The notes beneath the pieces were generated by a model, which searched no databases, was not told the DNA's origin, and was given only the letters and a program-made list of their open reading frames with translations. A DNA stretch of 64,000 nt, from NCBI RefSeq assembly GCF_009834535.1, contig NC_045696.1, positions 90,336,001 through 90,400,000 on the forward strand, written 5' to 3'. This DNA is from Camelus ferus. Lineage: Eukaryota. The translations under genes and the position numbers were made by a program. The number at the start of each line of letters is the position of its first letter. The first letter of the stretch is position 1. This document shows, piece after piece, positions 28,101 through 41,400 of the stretch.

Positions 28101-28259
28101 TCCCTGGAAACCTGTCTCACTTCTAAGGTCATTGTGTTATAAGAACCCCTATTAACGCAGGCTGCGCCCCATCCTTTCTCCACTCGTTCCCAATTTCATC
28201 TTATGGGAAATCACAGCTCCAAGCCTTGGAGATCTGAAGCAGGTTTGCTCTGAAACCCC

Positions 28260-29330
28260 AACGGCTCCGAAATCACAGCAACCGCAGGGGAGAGAAGCCG
28301 GTCCCCGAGTTGAGCTGAGGACACGGGGTGGCGCCGCGTGGGTCGCGCTCCCTCCGGGGAGTCGTCTCCAACGGCCTCCCTTTACCCCCTGCCGGCGCGG
28401 CCCCGCCCGGACACCCCCGGCGCGCCGCTGTGTGCCGGCACCCAGCCGGGGCAGCCGGAGCCTGGGAGGAGTTGGGCGGAACGGGGTACCCAGGGGCAAC
28501 GGGAAGCGCCGAGAGGGCGCGGCCCGTCGCAGACCCAGGCCCTCTCCAGCCATCCGCCCCGAGGGCGGAGGGGGCGGGGCCCGCCGCGGGCTTATTTACT
28601 TGAGCGCCGGCGCCGCCCGCTCCGAGCCGGGATACGTCGAGCGTTACGCCAGCCACGTCCATGCAGCCCCTCCGGCAACCGCTTCCCGCGTCCCGGCGGG
28701 GGAACCCGCTCCCCGCCGCCCCGTTGCTCGCCCTGCTGCTGCTGCTCGCCCTCCAGGAGGCGGCGGGGGCGCCCGCGGGCTCCGGGGGTCCGGAGGACTC
28801 CGGGTGGCACCAGGACACGGAGCTGCCGCGCCGGCTTCTGTCGCAAGCGGCGCGCGTGGCGCTGCACTTTTTCAACTTCCGCGCGGGCTCGCCCAGCGCC
28901 CTTCGAATGCTGGCTGAGGTGCAGGAGAGCCGCGCGTGGGTGAGTGCGGGAGCGACCGGGCGGGCGGCGCGGGGGTCCGGCCTCGGGCCGCCTGGGTGGC
29001 GACTTTGGGTGCGCGTGCCTGTGCGCCCCGCGGTGGATCCGGGAGGGAGACTGCGATGCGCCAGGCGCCGGGGGAGATCCGGGCTCGCGCCTCAGCGTGG
29101 AAGGGCCCGTCGGTGCGCCGAGTCCGCAGAAAGCCGGCTCGTTCCGGCTGGCATTACGAGGCGTTAAGGAGTTTTCGAAGGGCAGCTCCCATACCTGGGA
29201 AGAGGTGTATGGGGAAACTGAGGTACAGGCCCAATAGGCAAAGCTGGGTCTTTTCTGAGACTACTCCCAGAGTTTGTTGCTATGAGGTGGTCATGGAGGG
29301 CGCGACCCACCAGTGGCTCGAGCATTAGGC
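28260..29330. promoter_or_regulatory. CpG island / RARRES1 promoter with GC boxes and a TATA-like element
   Basis: Very GC- and CpG-rich. Tandem GGGCGG boxes (GAGGGCGGAGGGGGCGGGGC, 28561-28580) are followed by an isolated AT patch TTATTTA at ~28592, about 70 nt before the ATG. Confidence 0.9.
28661..28939 (+). CDS. RARRES1: RARRES1 coding exon 1 (93 codons; hydrophobic signal/anchor [11 protein letters not shown])
   Basis: ATG at 28661 inside the CpG island; ends ...VQESRAW, donor TGG|GTGAGT at 28940. Confidence 0.95.
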
Positions 29331-32300
29331 CTGGGCGGAATTTCCAAAATCTAAGCTAATTCCCAGGCCGGACCTTGGACGGTCTCTTGTTAATTGCAGG
29401 TGCAGAAGCTTCAGGAATTTTCGCGTAGGCCTGGGCGAGAACCCTTCCTAATCCTGGCGTCTGCTTTAATCTAATGGGAGTGAGTGAACCAAGGCTGTTT
29501 TCTGTGTGAACGGAAAGAGTGATAATTTTGCAGCTTGTTTTTTTGGATGCTGATTGCAAGGCAGTGGCTGTAGGTACCATTTTGTGTCGATGGAGATACA
29601 TTGCTTTCATCATGAAATAGAAGGTTACGAAAGTTACAGAACTATACAAAGTCTGCCCCAAAAGTAAAGATGCTCTTTCCAGTAATCCCCCAATACTCCT
29701 CAAAGACTGCAGACTCAGCCTTAAATAGAGTTCAGTAGAGTGTAAATAGGTAGAGTTTTAATAAGTGGCAGTAGGCTTTTTGTTTTTAAGATGTTGTAGA
29801 CCTGGTGTTAGGGGTAGGGGAACGCCTTTTAGAAGCTTAGCCTTAGTTCTTCAAACACTTAACTGTACAACCCAGGTTGGCTTAATTTAACGATAGATGA
29901 AAGCAAATTATTCCTTGAAAAAGGCAACCTGTGTTTGTCATCTGTTATAACAAACTTTGCTGTCTCAGGGAGGAAAAAGTTCAGTTTTACCAGCCCAACA
30001 GAGAAGTGAAGGATCAGAGCTTGAGGCCTTTCTATCAAAGTAGGAGAATCACTACCTCCCAGAGCCCAAAAAGGGCCCCCCTGAAGATTTGCTCCCTGAC
30101 TGTCAGTGGGAAAGAGTCCCTACAGAAAACCAAGGTCGCATATCTAAGGTGCACCAGTTTTCAAATCCTAGGTATTTTTTCTTCCTTCTATGACCATAAA
30201 CGAATTAAATAATAAAGTAGTTTGCATTTTCATGCATTTAGTCACCCGCTTATTAAAAAGAATAAAATACTTGGCATCTTTCACAAAATAAACTCTCAAA
30301 ATCTGAGTTAAAATTTTTCCTTTCTTTTCATAGAGAACTCAGTTACTGTTTTCATCTGTAATAATGTTGCTGAGTTTTAAAGGGATCCTTTTTTGTTTTT
30401 TGGCCTAAAAAAGGGAAGGAACCTAGTGACTTTTTCAGTCAAGAATCTCTAGAGACCAAAGTGATTTCAGTTTCTCCCAAGAATTCAGTGTAATTGCTTG
30501 CTTGATTCAAATTGCTTGAATAAGGAGAACAGACAGCACCTGCTTGGAGCCTTCAATGCAAGGAGTTTCTGCTTCAAAAACAAGAGTAGCTGTAGCATTG
30601 CCAAGAGGTGGAAAATGATAAGACCCTCAAAACTCTTTATCCAATCAATACATTATTAGAATGAGTGCTGAGTTGCTGCAGTGTTGGTCATTCCTCCAGG
30701 ACTGACCCCGGGTGAGCAGGTGAGTGGGTGGGAGAGAGGTGTAGCTCAGCTGGTAGGGATCCTTCTCCATGCTGGAAGTCAGTGCACCCTTTGCAGATGA
30801 GAGGCTGGGACCAAGTCAGGATTTTTTCAAACTAATGGCACACTAGTGGGTTATGAAGTCTGTTTAGTAGGTTGCAGTTGTTTGTGTTTATTTGTTTTTA
30901 ATGAAATATTTTGGAATACAAACGTTTAGAATGCATTGCAGAAAAAAAAAAGTAGTGCCTCAAAATGTTGCAAATTTATTTGTTTGAACTGGGTCATTAT
31001 GAAGCATGCAGTTCTTGCTGTGGGTTTCAGGTGATAAAAATTTGAAAGCCAGTAAACCAAATGATTTTTTAAAATATATTTTTATTGAAGTATAGTCAGT
31101 TTACAGTGTGTCAAATTTTCAGTCATACAGGAACATACATATGTTCATTTTCATATTCTTTTCAGCGTAAGTACAGGATACTGAATATAGTTCCTTGTGC
31201 TATACAGTATAAACTTGTTGTTTATCTATTTTTTATATATTGTTAGTATCTGCAAATATAAAACTCCCAATTTATCTCTTCCCACCCTCTTTCCCCCTGA
31301 TAACCACGTTTGTTTTCTATGTGAGTCTGTTTCTGTTTTGTAAATAAATTTTTTTAAAATTCCACATATAAATGATATATGGTATTGTTCTTTCTTTTTC
31401 TGGCTTACTTCACTTAGAATGACATTCTCCAGGTCCATCCATGTTCGTGCAAATGGCATTATTTTATTATTTTTTATGACTGAGTAGTATTCCATTGTAT
31501 AAATATACCACAGCTTCTTTATCCAGTCATCTGTTGATGAACATTTAGATTGTTTCTATGTCTTGGCTAGTGTAAATAGTGCTGCTGTGAACACTGGGGT
31601 GCATGTATCTTTTTGAATTAAGGTTCCTCTGAATATATGCCCAGGAGTGGGGCTGCTGGATCATATGGTAAATCTGTTACTGGGAAAAGGGAAATAAGAA
31701 TTACCTCAGTTCTTAGTCACCTAGAAAAAAATAATTTTTGATGAAAGACAAAAAGCATGATACAAGTAAGATCTTTATTAGTGAAGTAAAAAAAATAATG
31801 AAAGATACACTCCTGAGAATTGGGAGAGTGCCAACCCAAGAGAGGAAAAATGGCTCTGTTTCTTTGTTTTTCCTGTTTTTATATCCTGGTTTCATGATTG
31901 ATTGATTGATTGATTGATTGGCAACTCAAGTTCCCTGCGCTCTGGTTGATTGACAGCTCAGCTTCCTTGTGTTGTGGATTGTTCCTTTCCCCTTCCTCTC
32001 TCCCTGCCCAGTGCTCATTTCTATCTAACCTACTTAACAAATCTATTTTTAGTTTTTTGAGGAATCTCCATACTGTTTTCCATAATGGCTGCATCAAACT
32101 ACATTCCTACCAGCAGTGTAGGAGGGTTCCCTTTTCTCCACACCCTCTCCAGCATTTATCGTTTGAGGGCTTTTGAATGATGGCCATTCTGACTGGTGTG
32201 AGGTGATACCTCATTGTAATTTTGATTTGAATTTCTCTTTTTCTATTAGCGATAATAAGCATTTTTTCATGTGCCTATTGGCCATTTGTATGTCTTCATT

Positions 32301-35300
32301 GGAAAATTGCTTTTTAGGTCTTCTGCCCATTTTTGGATTGGGTTCTTTGTTTTTTTGTTATTAAGTTGTATGAGCAAATTAAGTTGTATTCTGCAGATTA
32401 AGCCTTTGTCAGTCTCATCCTTTGCAAATATTTTCTCCCATTCCATAGGTTGTCTTTTTGTTTTGCTTATGGTTTCCTTTGCTGTGCAAAAGTTTGTAAG
32501 TTTAATTAGGTCCCATTTGTTTATTTTTGCTTTTATTTTGTTGTCTGGGTAGATTGCTCTGGAAGAACATTGCTGAGATTTATGTTGGATAATGTTTTGC
32601 CTATGTTTTCTTGTAAGAGGTTTATAGTGTCTTGCCTTATGTTTAAGTCTTTAAGCCATTTTGAGTTTATGGTGTGAGGGAGTGTTCTAACTTCATTGAT
32701 TTACATGCTGCTGTCCAGTTTTCCCAACACCATTTGCTGAAGAGACTGTCCTTATTCCATTGTATGTTCTTGCCTCCTTTGTCAAAGATTAACTGACCAA
32801 AAGTTTGTGAGTTTATTTCTGGGCTCTCTATTCTGTTCCATTGATCCATATATCTGTTTTTCTACCAATACCATGCTGTTTTGATTATTGTAGCTCTGTA
32901 GTATTATCTGAAGTCTGGGAGGGTTATTCCTCCAACTTCATTCTTTTACTTCAGTATTGCTTTGTCAATTCTGGGTCTTTTGTGATTCCATGTAAATTTT
33001 AGGATTATTTGTTCTTGTTCTGTGAGAAATGTCCTGAGTAATTTGATAGGGATCACATTAAATCTGTAGATGGCTTTGGGTACTATTGCCATTTTAACAA
33101 TATTAATTCTTCCAATCCAAGAACATGGTATATCTTTCCGTTTCTTTAAGTCATATTTAATTTCCTTAGTCAGTGTTTTGTAGTTCTTCACATATAAGTC
33201 TTTCACTTCCTTGGTCAGGTTTATTTCTAAGTATTTTATTTTTGGGGATGTAGTTTTAAAAGGGATTGTTTCTTTTACGTTCCTTTTCTGATTTCATTGT
33301 TAGTGTAAAGAAATGCCACTTATTTTGGTGTGTTAATCTTGTATCCTGCTATCTTGGTGAATTCTTTTATCGGCTCTAGTAGTTTTTGTGTGGAGCCTTT
33401 AGGGTTTTCTATATATGGTATCATGTTATCTGCACAAATGATTTTTAAGACCTCTTCCAGCTCTGAAATTCCTTGATTCTAAGTGATTTCCTGATTCTGC
33501 AAGAATCACTCATTTTAGGAACACTGTTGCCCTCTAGTGATAAAATGCAGTAATAGCTGTGGTAGTAAATGCAAGGAAGTACGGAGAAGAAGTCAGACTA
33601 GCTGGTGAAAAGCCTGTGAGCATTCAGTTTTGTTTTCTTTACTAATTTGTAAGCAGAGATCACAGACCATGGCTTGTGTTCCCTCACTGCTGCTGCCTGA
33701 TGCCATTTCTTTCCTGATCTTACACTACTCTTCTATGACCAGGAGGCCCCTGCTATTCTGATGTCACATGACATGGCCTCAGGACCACAGGGTGGAGGGG
33801 TGGGCGATTTGGGGTGGTGTTGAGAGTGCCTGTGCTACCCAGGGTATCCTGGATCAGCCCCGCTCCTGACGACTTGGGGCTGTCCCTTACACTGAGCAAG
33901 TCCTGCGACCACTGGCCCCTGCCCCAAGCAGCTGCCGGCCCTTCCCTGATGTTTAGAGGGACTGGCGGGATCTCTGTGCGCCGACTTCACGAGAAAGGCT
34001 CCATCAGTTCTTTCTACAGCATTTAACTTGGATTTTGTGGACATGACATCTTTTTTTGTGCCCACTCTTCATCAGTTTATGTAACATTTTTAATAATGCA
34101 GCTAGGTACTGAGTACACCTGGCTTAGGCAAGCTTAGGAGCAAAACAGCTGACTTCTGGTAAGGCCCCGGCCGCCCTTGCTGCCCCGGCGCAGGTGGGCT
34201 GAGCCTCTGTGGGCGCCCGCCCCGCTGTCAGCAGAATAGAGCCTGTCCTGCTGGGCCACTAGGCAGCTGGGAGAACGCCTGGTCTACTAAGAAAACGCTT
34301 CTTTGTTTATCACTTTTCAATCTGTAAAGCACTTAAATGCAGCATAATTCATCTAATTGCTGCTCTCCTTGAAGTCTTCCCTCCATTAGTGTCAATAATT
34401 CAGAGGTGATGGTTCACAAGACTAGGAAAGCAATACATCGAGCAGACCGTAGAAATGAAAACTGGAGAATGAAAGCAGTCGCAATGAATATGGAGAGGCA
34501 AGATATATAATAAAACACTAAAGTGAAATAATTTATACTTTCATGCAAGGCAGGCTCCTAAGTGCTTTTACAGCCCTGGTGAAAGAACAGGAAGGGGGCA
34601 GCTATCGGCAAGATGGAGGTGGCACTTAGCACGCACCCTCACTCCTCCACGGGGATGAAACATAGCAATCCTGGAAGCGCAGAACAGAGAGGCACAGAAC
34701 TGCCCTCCTTCCTGGGCACTGCTCTGCTGAAATGGCAGGTGCCCCCAGGACCCCCACCCTACCTACCACCACAGCATCCACTTGGTCTGCAGGCTCTGAT
34801 TGCAGAGTCTGGGTCCCGCCTGGGGTGGTCCTGGGGGTAAACCTGGGCCTTGGGCTCCTTGGCACGTGTCCCACAGTCACCCAAACTAGCATTACCTGGA
34901 TGAGCTAGCAAGTAGGAATGCCTTCAACCAGCTTATTAATAAATTATTGTTGAATCACGAACATTTTTTGCCAGCCCACAACATTTCCACTTGTCTGAGC
35001 ACATGTGTTTGCATAGCCCAGGATGTGTGTGATCATGGAGCATTAGTAGTGGTCCCAAATAAAGACCATGGTTGGTAGGTTGTAAATTTAACCATTGGGA
35101 ATCTAGCTTGGCTGCACATGCTTCCTTGAACGGCATAGGTGGTTCTGCCGGAGAACAAATGTAAATAGCTTTAAAATAACTGATCTTAATGAGACGTGGA
35201 ATGTTAAATCCACACACACAGTCTCGCAAGTCCAGCCTGACCATTGATCTCAAGGCATCAGCATGAATCACCCTAGAGACTTAGTCACACTTTTTGCAGG

Positions 35301-38300
35301 CGTGACATTTACTTGCCTTTGTGATGGTCCCTCAGTTGAAGAGGTTTGCACAGAGCTGGTCCCATAGTAGCAATAGCAATTCTCCACTCTGAGTTTCTTC
35401 TTAGGTTCATTCAAGACGCCTCTAGCCAGTAAAGGCGAGTTACGAAAGGATCTTGTACCATAGTTGTATACGAGACGGATGTGAATCCACAATGGCCCCA
35501 AGGAGACATGCCCACACAGAACACGACAGGAAGGATCACAAGTAATTTTGTATCTGTTAGTTTCACTGCTGTAACAGATTACTGTAAATTTTGTAGGGGA
35601 AAAAACCCCCACAAATGAATCCTCTTACAAATTTGGAGGTCAGAAGTCTGAAGTAGGTCGCACTGGGCTAAGATCAAGGTGTTGAAAGGGCTGCATTCCT
35701 TCTAGAGACTCTAGGGGAGACTCCACTCCTTGCCTTGCCCACCTCCTAGAGGCCACCTGCCTTCCTTGGCTCTTGCTCCATCCTCCGTCTTCACAGCCAG
35801 CAGGCAGCACCTCCTGAATGTAAGGAAGTCTCCTTAGAAGGACCCGTGTGAGTACACTGGGCCCACCTGACCATCCAGGGTCCCCTGTCCATCTCAAGAT
35901 CCGTAACCTGGGGGGAGGGTACAGCTCAGTGGTAGAGTCCATGCTTAGCATGCACGAGGTCCTGGGTTCAGTACCCAGTACCTCCATTAAATAAACAAAC
36001 AAACAAACAAACCTAATTACCCCCCAATTAAAAAAATTCCTTAACCTGATCACATTGGCCAAGTCCCCTTTGCTTTGTAAAGTAACATGTCCACAGGTTC
36101 CCAGGATTAGGACGTGGACATGTTTGGGAGCTGTTACTCAGCCTACCACCCCCAGCTTCTGGAGTGGCCGTGAGCTCCTGCCAGTACTTACCACACTGCC
36201 GGACACATGACTTTACCCAAGAAATGGCAGCTCTGGCTGGTCTCCGCAGCCTTGGTGATCTCACCCCCAAACATGCCTGCTCTCCACACCCCGTCTTGGC
36301 ACTTGACTATAGGCTGCTGAGTGCTTGCTTCTACGTGGTAGTAGGCATCACTTCTCCTTGTTTCCTCCGCTGCGCTAGCATAGGGACCTGCAAGGGACAA
36401 ATAGTGAGTATTTGTTAAATGGAAACAAAGGTAGCTGGAAGAGTGCTGGGACCATTGGGCATTCGGAACGGGAGGCCCTGACCCATTCCCAGCCCTTCTG
36501 CGGGAGGGAGGGAGACCCAGCACCTCAGATCCCTCTTACAACCAGCCTTTTCTGATTAGCCCCACCCTGAGCTAAGGGGACTTGGAGGGGAACACTGCCT
36601 CTGGCCACTTCCACTCTGGCTCCTTTGGAAAGGTCCAGAACTCGTACCCAGAGTTGGCTAAACAGTTTAACACCACAGTATTCCATCTCTTTTCTCTCCA
36701 CTGCTTCTTAGCCTGATAGAGCAAAGTGTCCAAGGCTAAGATCTCCTTGGACCACAAGGGATGGGGCCTGATCCGAAGGCCACTGACTTTTGTTCCTTAA
36801 ACTGCATTCGCCTTGTCTCACATGGCTCAAGAGAAGGCAAATGCAGTAATTCCAGGAAATAATGTAATACACTGATGTTCTCTCTGTCCAGAACAGAAGA
36901 ACAGCACAGCAATTTTTATCCACAAATGAGTTGTTTACTTGTCTCCAACTGAGCCTGACTCATAAAACTAACCTTATAAAATGAAGAAGTTTGCTTTTCC
37001 TGGAATGGCATGACATTTATGTTTTCTTCCCAAATGTGAAGGCTGAAGAGGACATTTAGGAGCCGAATCTGTTAGGCCAGTGGGGCCCCCTGTGCGCAGG
37101 AGGGGAGATTAGAATCACTTGCAAGCTCTCAGCCCCTGACCTTGTCCCCACCGCCCACCCCCTCAACCTGGAAACATGAAGTTAAAGTGGACACCGTTGG
37201 CTCTAAGGCCACAGGAAGGGACCATGCTTAGCAACCAGCATCAGAGAGGGAAATCAAGAGACAGCCTTTTCCCACAGCACAGGGTTTTCTTCTTATAGAT
37301 AAGCTTTTGGCAGAATCACGTCTTGGCTACTCCCAGGGTCCCAGCGTTTTTGTGGCTTCCTACAGCAGCCGACAACAGGGCTTCTCTGGGTACTGTCCCT
37401 GCTCTTCCATCTGCTCCAAGATTTGGCTGTGGTTTTGAGTTTAAAGGGGGTATTAGGTTTTTAAAATGTGCTCTTAGAATAAATAAATAAATACCTATTC
37501 TCCATCCCTTATCAAGTTTCTCAGGTTTATGTCCAGTACTCACATCCAGTATTTCAATGACTTGGCTTTAAAGAAGCACGCCAACATTATATAGTGTCTA
37601 ATATACAAAGTTAGTCCAGTCGTGTGCTGGAGGAAACCTCTTTGAGCCACTGACATGAAAACAGCAGCTTTGTGTTTTAGAGTAAATAGCTTTTTCCTGA
37701 AAATGAGACATAACTTAGGAGAGTTGCTGTTGGCACTGCACTGGCTCAAGCTCCCATTTAGACCCTGCCTGAAAGAGTGTATCCAGGGGCTCCTTGCTAA
37801 GTCTCAGATCATCGTCACTTCCATACTGTTGTGGGTTGAGTTGTGTCCCCAAAAAAGATATGTTAAGTCAGCCCCCAGTACCCGCGATGATGACCTTACT
37901 TGGAAATGGAGTCTTTGCAGATGTAATCAAGTTTAGATAAGGCTATATTGGATTAGCATGGGCCCTGAATCCAGTGATTGATGGCCTTGTGAGAAGGTCA
38001 CGTGGAGAGACTACAGAGGAAGAACGCCTTTTAGAGGCAGAGGCTGCAGTGATGGTGGCTGCAAGACGAGGAAGCCAGGGATTGGGGCCCGGCACCAGAA
38101 GCTGGGGAGTGGCAGGGAGGGCTCTCTTCAGAGCCTCAGAGGGAGCCCCACCCTGAAAACTCCCCAGTTTTGGACTTCTAGCCTTCAGAACTGTGAGAGG
38201 ATCAATTTCTGCTGTGAAGGCACCCAGTTTGTGGTACTTATTACGGCTGCCCTGGGACATGGATTCACATGCCCTTCCTGGCCATCTCCCAGAAGGTCTG

Positions 38301-38414
38301 GGTGGTCTCGTCTACAGGAACCCAGCTTAAAGCAAAGTCCTACTCACCCAGTCTCTGACACACACACCCCCACACACACCCCCCCCACACACACCCACAC
38401 ACCCACACACACCC

Positions 38415-38468
<54 letters not shown>

Positions 38469-41400
38469 CAGCTTTCTTTCTGCCCTCCCTTAGAGTGACA
38501 GGATCTGTTTGACCTCCGTGCCATATAAGGAAAGAGCATATAAGTGGTCTGGAGCCAGGGTAGTTACTTACTAGCTTTATGACTTTGAGCAGTTCCTTAA
38601 CTTTGGGCACGTGCCTCAGTTTCTCCCTCGTTAAAATGGGTATAAGAACAGTGTTTACCCGCAAAGGGCTCTTGTGCTGTGATAAGCAGTCCCGGGCACA
38701 GTGTGGAACCGCGGGAAGCCTGTGGTGAGAGCTCAGGACATGTATTACAGCTCTGATCCTGGTTCCCACCTGGTGGCTGGCAGGATGCTTTCCACACAAG
38801 CACTGAGTTAGTGCTTGACACTGATTTGATAGGGATCTGAGGAACATTTTTTTTTTACCCAAAACAAATAAACTAATGAGATGAGTTTGTCCTTTGAAAG
38901 CATTCCACTATATACTTTCTCAAATGGGACTTTAAAAGTGACCTGTGTCCCTCCCAACTGATGCAAGGGAGCCCAAAATCTGAGTTGCTGATCACCCCCC
39001 TAAAGAGCCCGCCCGTCCTGAGGCGGGGGGCTGCCCTTCCTCCTGGCTGATGGGGTCAAAAACCAGAAAACCTATAAAATAAACAACACACAAAAAATCA
39101 CGTTAGAACATGAACCATGTCATTGGTGGTCTGTGATCGTAAAGCATTTAGTTCTAGGCTATAGTACATAATAAGTCCTCTTTTCTACACAATTCAAAAG
39201 AAATCTGTAGCAAAGAGCTGCTAATTCATTCCTTCAGGTTATACAGCCACAGGGTCATTTGCTTTGCTTGCTGGCTTTTTCTTTATATAAAGAGCCTCAT
39301 TCTGGAAAAATTAGAACAAGGTGGTGTGCCTCTGGCTATGTTTTAAGAAAGGGATGTGAAGCCTCCTAGTCTGTTTGGCAGATGGGCGGTCTTGGCGGCG
39401 TGGGGGTGGGAGCCCCGGGATCCGCTCTCGTGGAAACGCCTCACCTCAGGAAAGCCAGGCCTGCCTGTCACCTTCCCTGTGTCAGCCTCCGCTCTTTCAA
39501 AAATGTCTGTTTAGCTTTTTTTTTTTTTTTTTTAATGTCTTATAATGACTGTGCTAGCTTTGCACCATGTGGCTGTGTGTGTAAGCGCAGAGGGAGGAGC
39601 ACCTGAGCTCCAGAGCTTCTTGAGTCGAAACAAGCGTAGTGCGGTTCGCAGCACTCCTCAAATCTGATCCCACCAACAACACGGAGGACAAAGATGCAAT
39701 TTAAGATGCAGGGTGGGGACATCCATACTGAGTTCCTTGGGACTTTTAACATTTTTAAAATGACTTTCTGTCTTATTAAAGGTCCATTCGTGTGCATGTT
39801 GGTCCTGGGTACAGAGCTGGAGGGGTAACACCCTCATCACCTTTGCTCACGGAGGCCCCTCTTTGACGCTTGCTCATTTTCTTTTATCTCCTTTTCCGTC
39901 GTTGACTGAAAAAAAATCACAACCTAAGAGTTGAGAATTATGTTTTATTCGGTGGCCTTACTGAGAACCACAGCCTAGGATACAGCCTCTACGATTGCTC
40001 TGAGGGACTGCTCCAAAGAGGTACGGGAGGAGCCAGGATATAGGGGAGTTTTTGCTGAAAACAAAACAAAATGAAACCATGTAGTTGAGTATCAGGAGGT
40101 TACTGCTAATGACAAAAACAGACATCTCAAGTTAATGATTTGAGTGCTTTTCTATGTATGGGAAGATGCAAGAGCTTGGGCTTTTTGAAATCCTTCCTTG
40201 GTGAGTATCTCAACTCTCTAGAGCCAGTGTCCTGTTTTTCTCCATCCTGAATTCCCCTCGAGGTGCACTGTCAGGGCTTGAAGGCTACAACGTTTTTTGT
40301 TTACTGAAATGGCAGGCGACATTCTTTGTCCACAGTGCCTCCCCTTGGTCATAAATTTGACCAATGTTTGGGATGCATTTCATGGCCAACTTTGTCCCAT
40401 GGCTCTAGGAAGGTGCATTGTTAGATCAGGCGAGGATTCTGTTGATAGGCCACTCAACGTGCTGATTTTTTTGGATTAGGCCCTGTTGATAATCTAAAAT
40501 TCTCTGCATTGCCGGCCTCACTCGTCTGTTATGATCCAGGAAATCTGTTCCCTTGTTGTTCCCCTGACTAGAGTTGCACTATTACAACAGTTATTCTATG
40601 TAGAGTTATATATATGATCAGTTGCCTCAAGACGTTTAGCCATCATTAATTTGTCAGAGGCCTGGTTACACACTGTAGTGCACGAGCCCACAGTCTTATC
40701 AAACAGAGAGGATACAAGTGATACAGCTAGTAGCGTTAACAGTCATAGAACAGCAGGGACAGGCATAAGGCATAAGTAATGTAGCAAATAAAACAACACA
40801 GCAAAACAGTAACAGTGAACAAAAGTAAAACAAATGATAGTGATTAGCGTAACTAGTTGTGATCTGATTGCAGTAAGCCACCACGTCCACAGGGGAGCCA
40901 TCTGGAGAAGCCAAATTCTGGACAGGTCATATAGAGAGAAAAAGATAAATGTTTTCATCATCATTTACAAAGATATATTTTATCAGCTTGTAGGTCATAG
41001 TGTAAGAGGAAAGACTTTTCTGGAAAACAAAGATTGAGCCAGTTTATTTCAGAAAAAAGTCGTAAAATTATAAATCACATCTATCAATTCATTCAGCCCC
41101 ATGTAATTCCAGCTAATCTGGATGAAGTCATCAGGTTTTCCATTAGAGTTTTGTAATTCCTTACCCAGTTCAGTGGTGTGATCTAAAAATTACCAGAAAC
41201 ATACTTGTCAAAAAGTCCTTTTTATGAATCCTCTTGAAGATCTTCATTTTATAAAAACATCAGAGTAAAACAAAGATCGTAAATGACAAAAGACTTAAAA
41301 CAGCATGGTTAAAGATCTGATTAAAATGTCATTGACAGGAAACTTGGCTATTTCTGTGACACAACATTTTAAGATAATTAGAATTATGGCTGATGACACT

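Noticed and set aside
28152..29328. Many overlapping ORFs of 90-200 aa on both strands
   Set aside because: Artefact of stop-poor CpG-island sequence. Only the frame from 28661 matches RARRES1, and only up to the donor at 28940.
25000..30000. Canonical DR5/DR2 retinoic acid response element near the promoter
   Set aside because: I saw only isolated half-sites (e.g. TGACCT at ~27475 and ~28011, AGGTCA at ~28126) and no correctly spaced pair. A PWM scan would be needed to exclude one.
35910..35987. tRNA-Ala gene
   Set aside because: The B box and acceptor stem are mutated, and it has a SINE tail and TSD: a retroposed SINE.
38231..38862. ORFs with THTH/VCVC repeats
   Set aside because: Translation of the (CA)n microsatellite.
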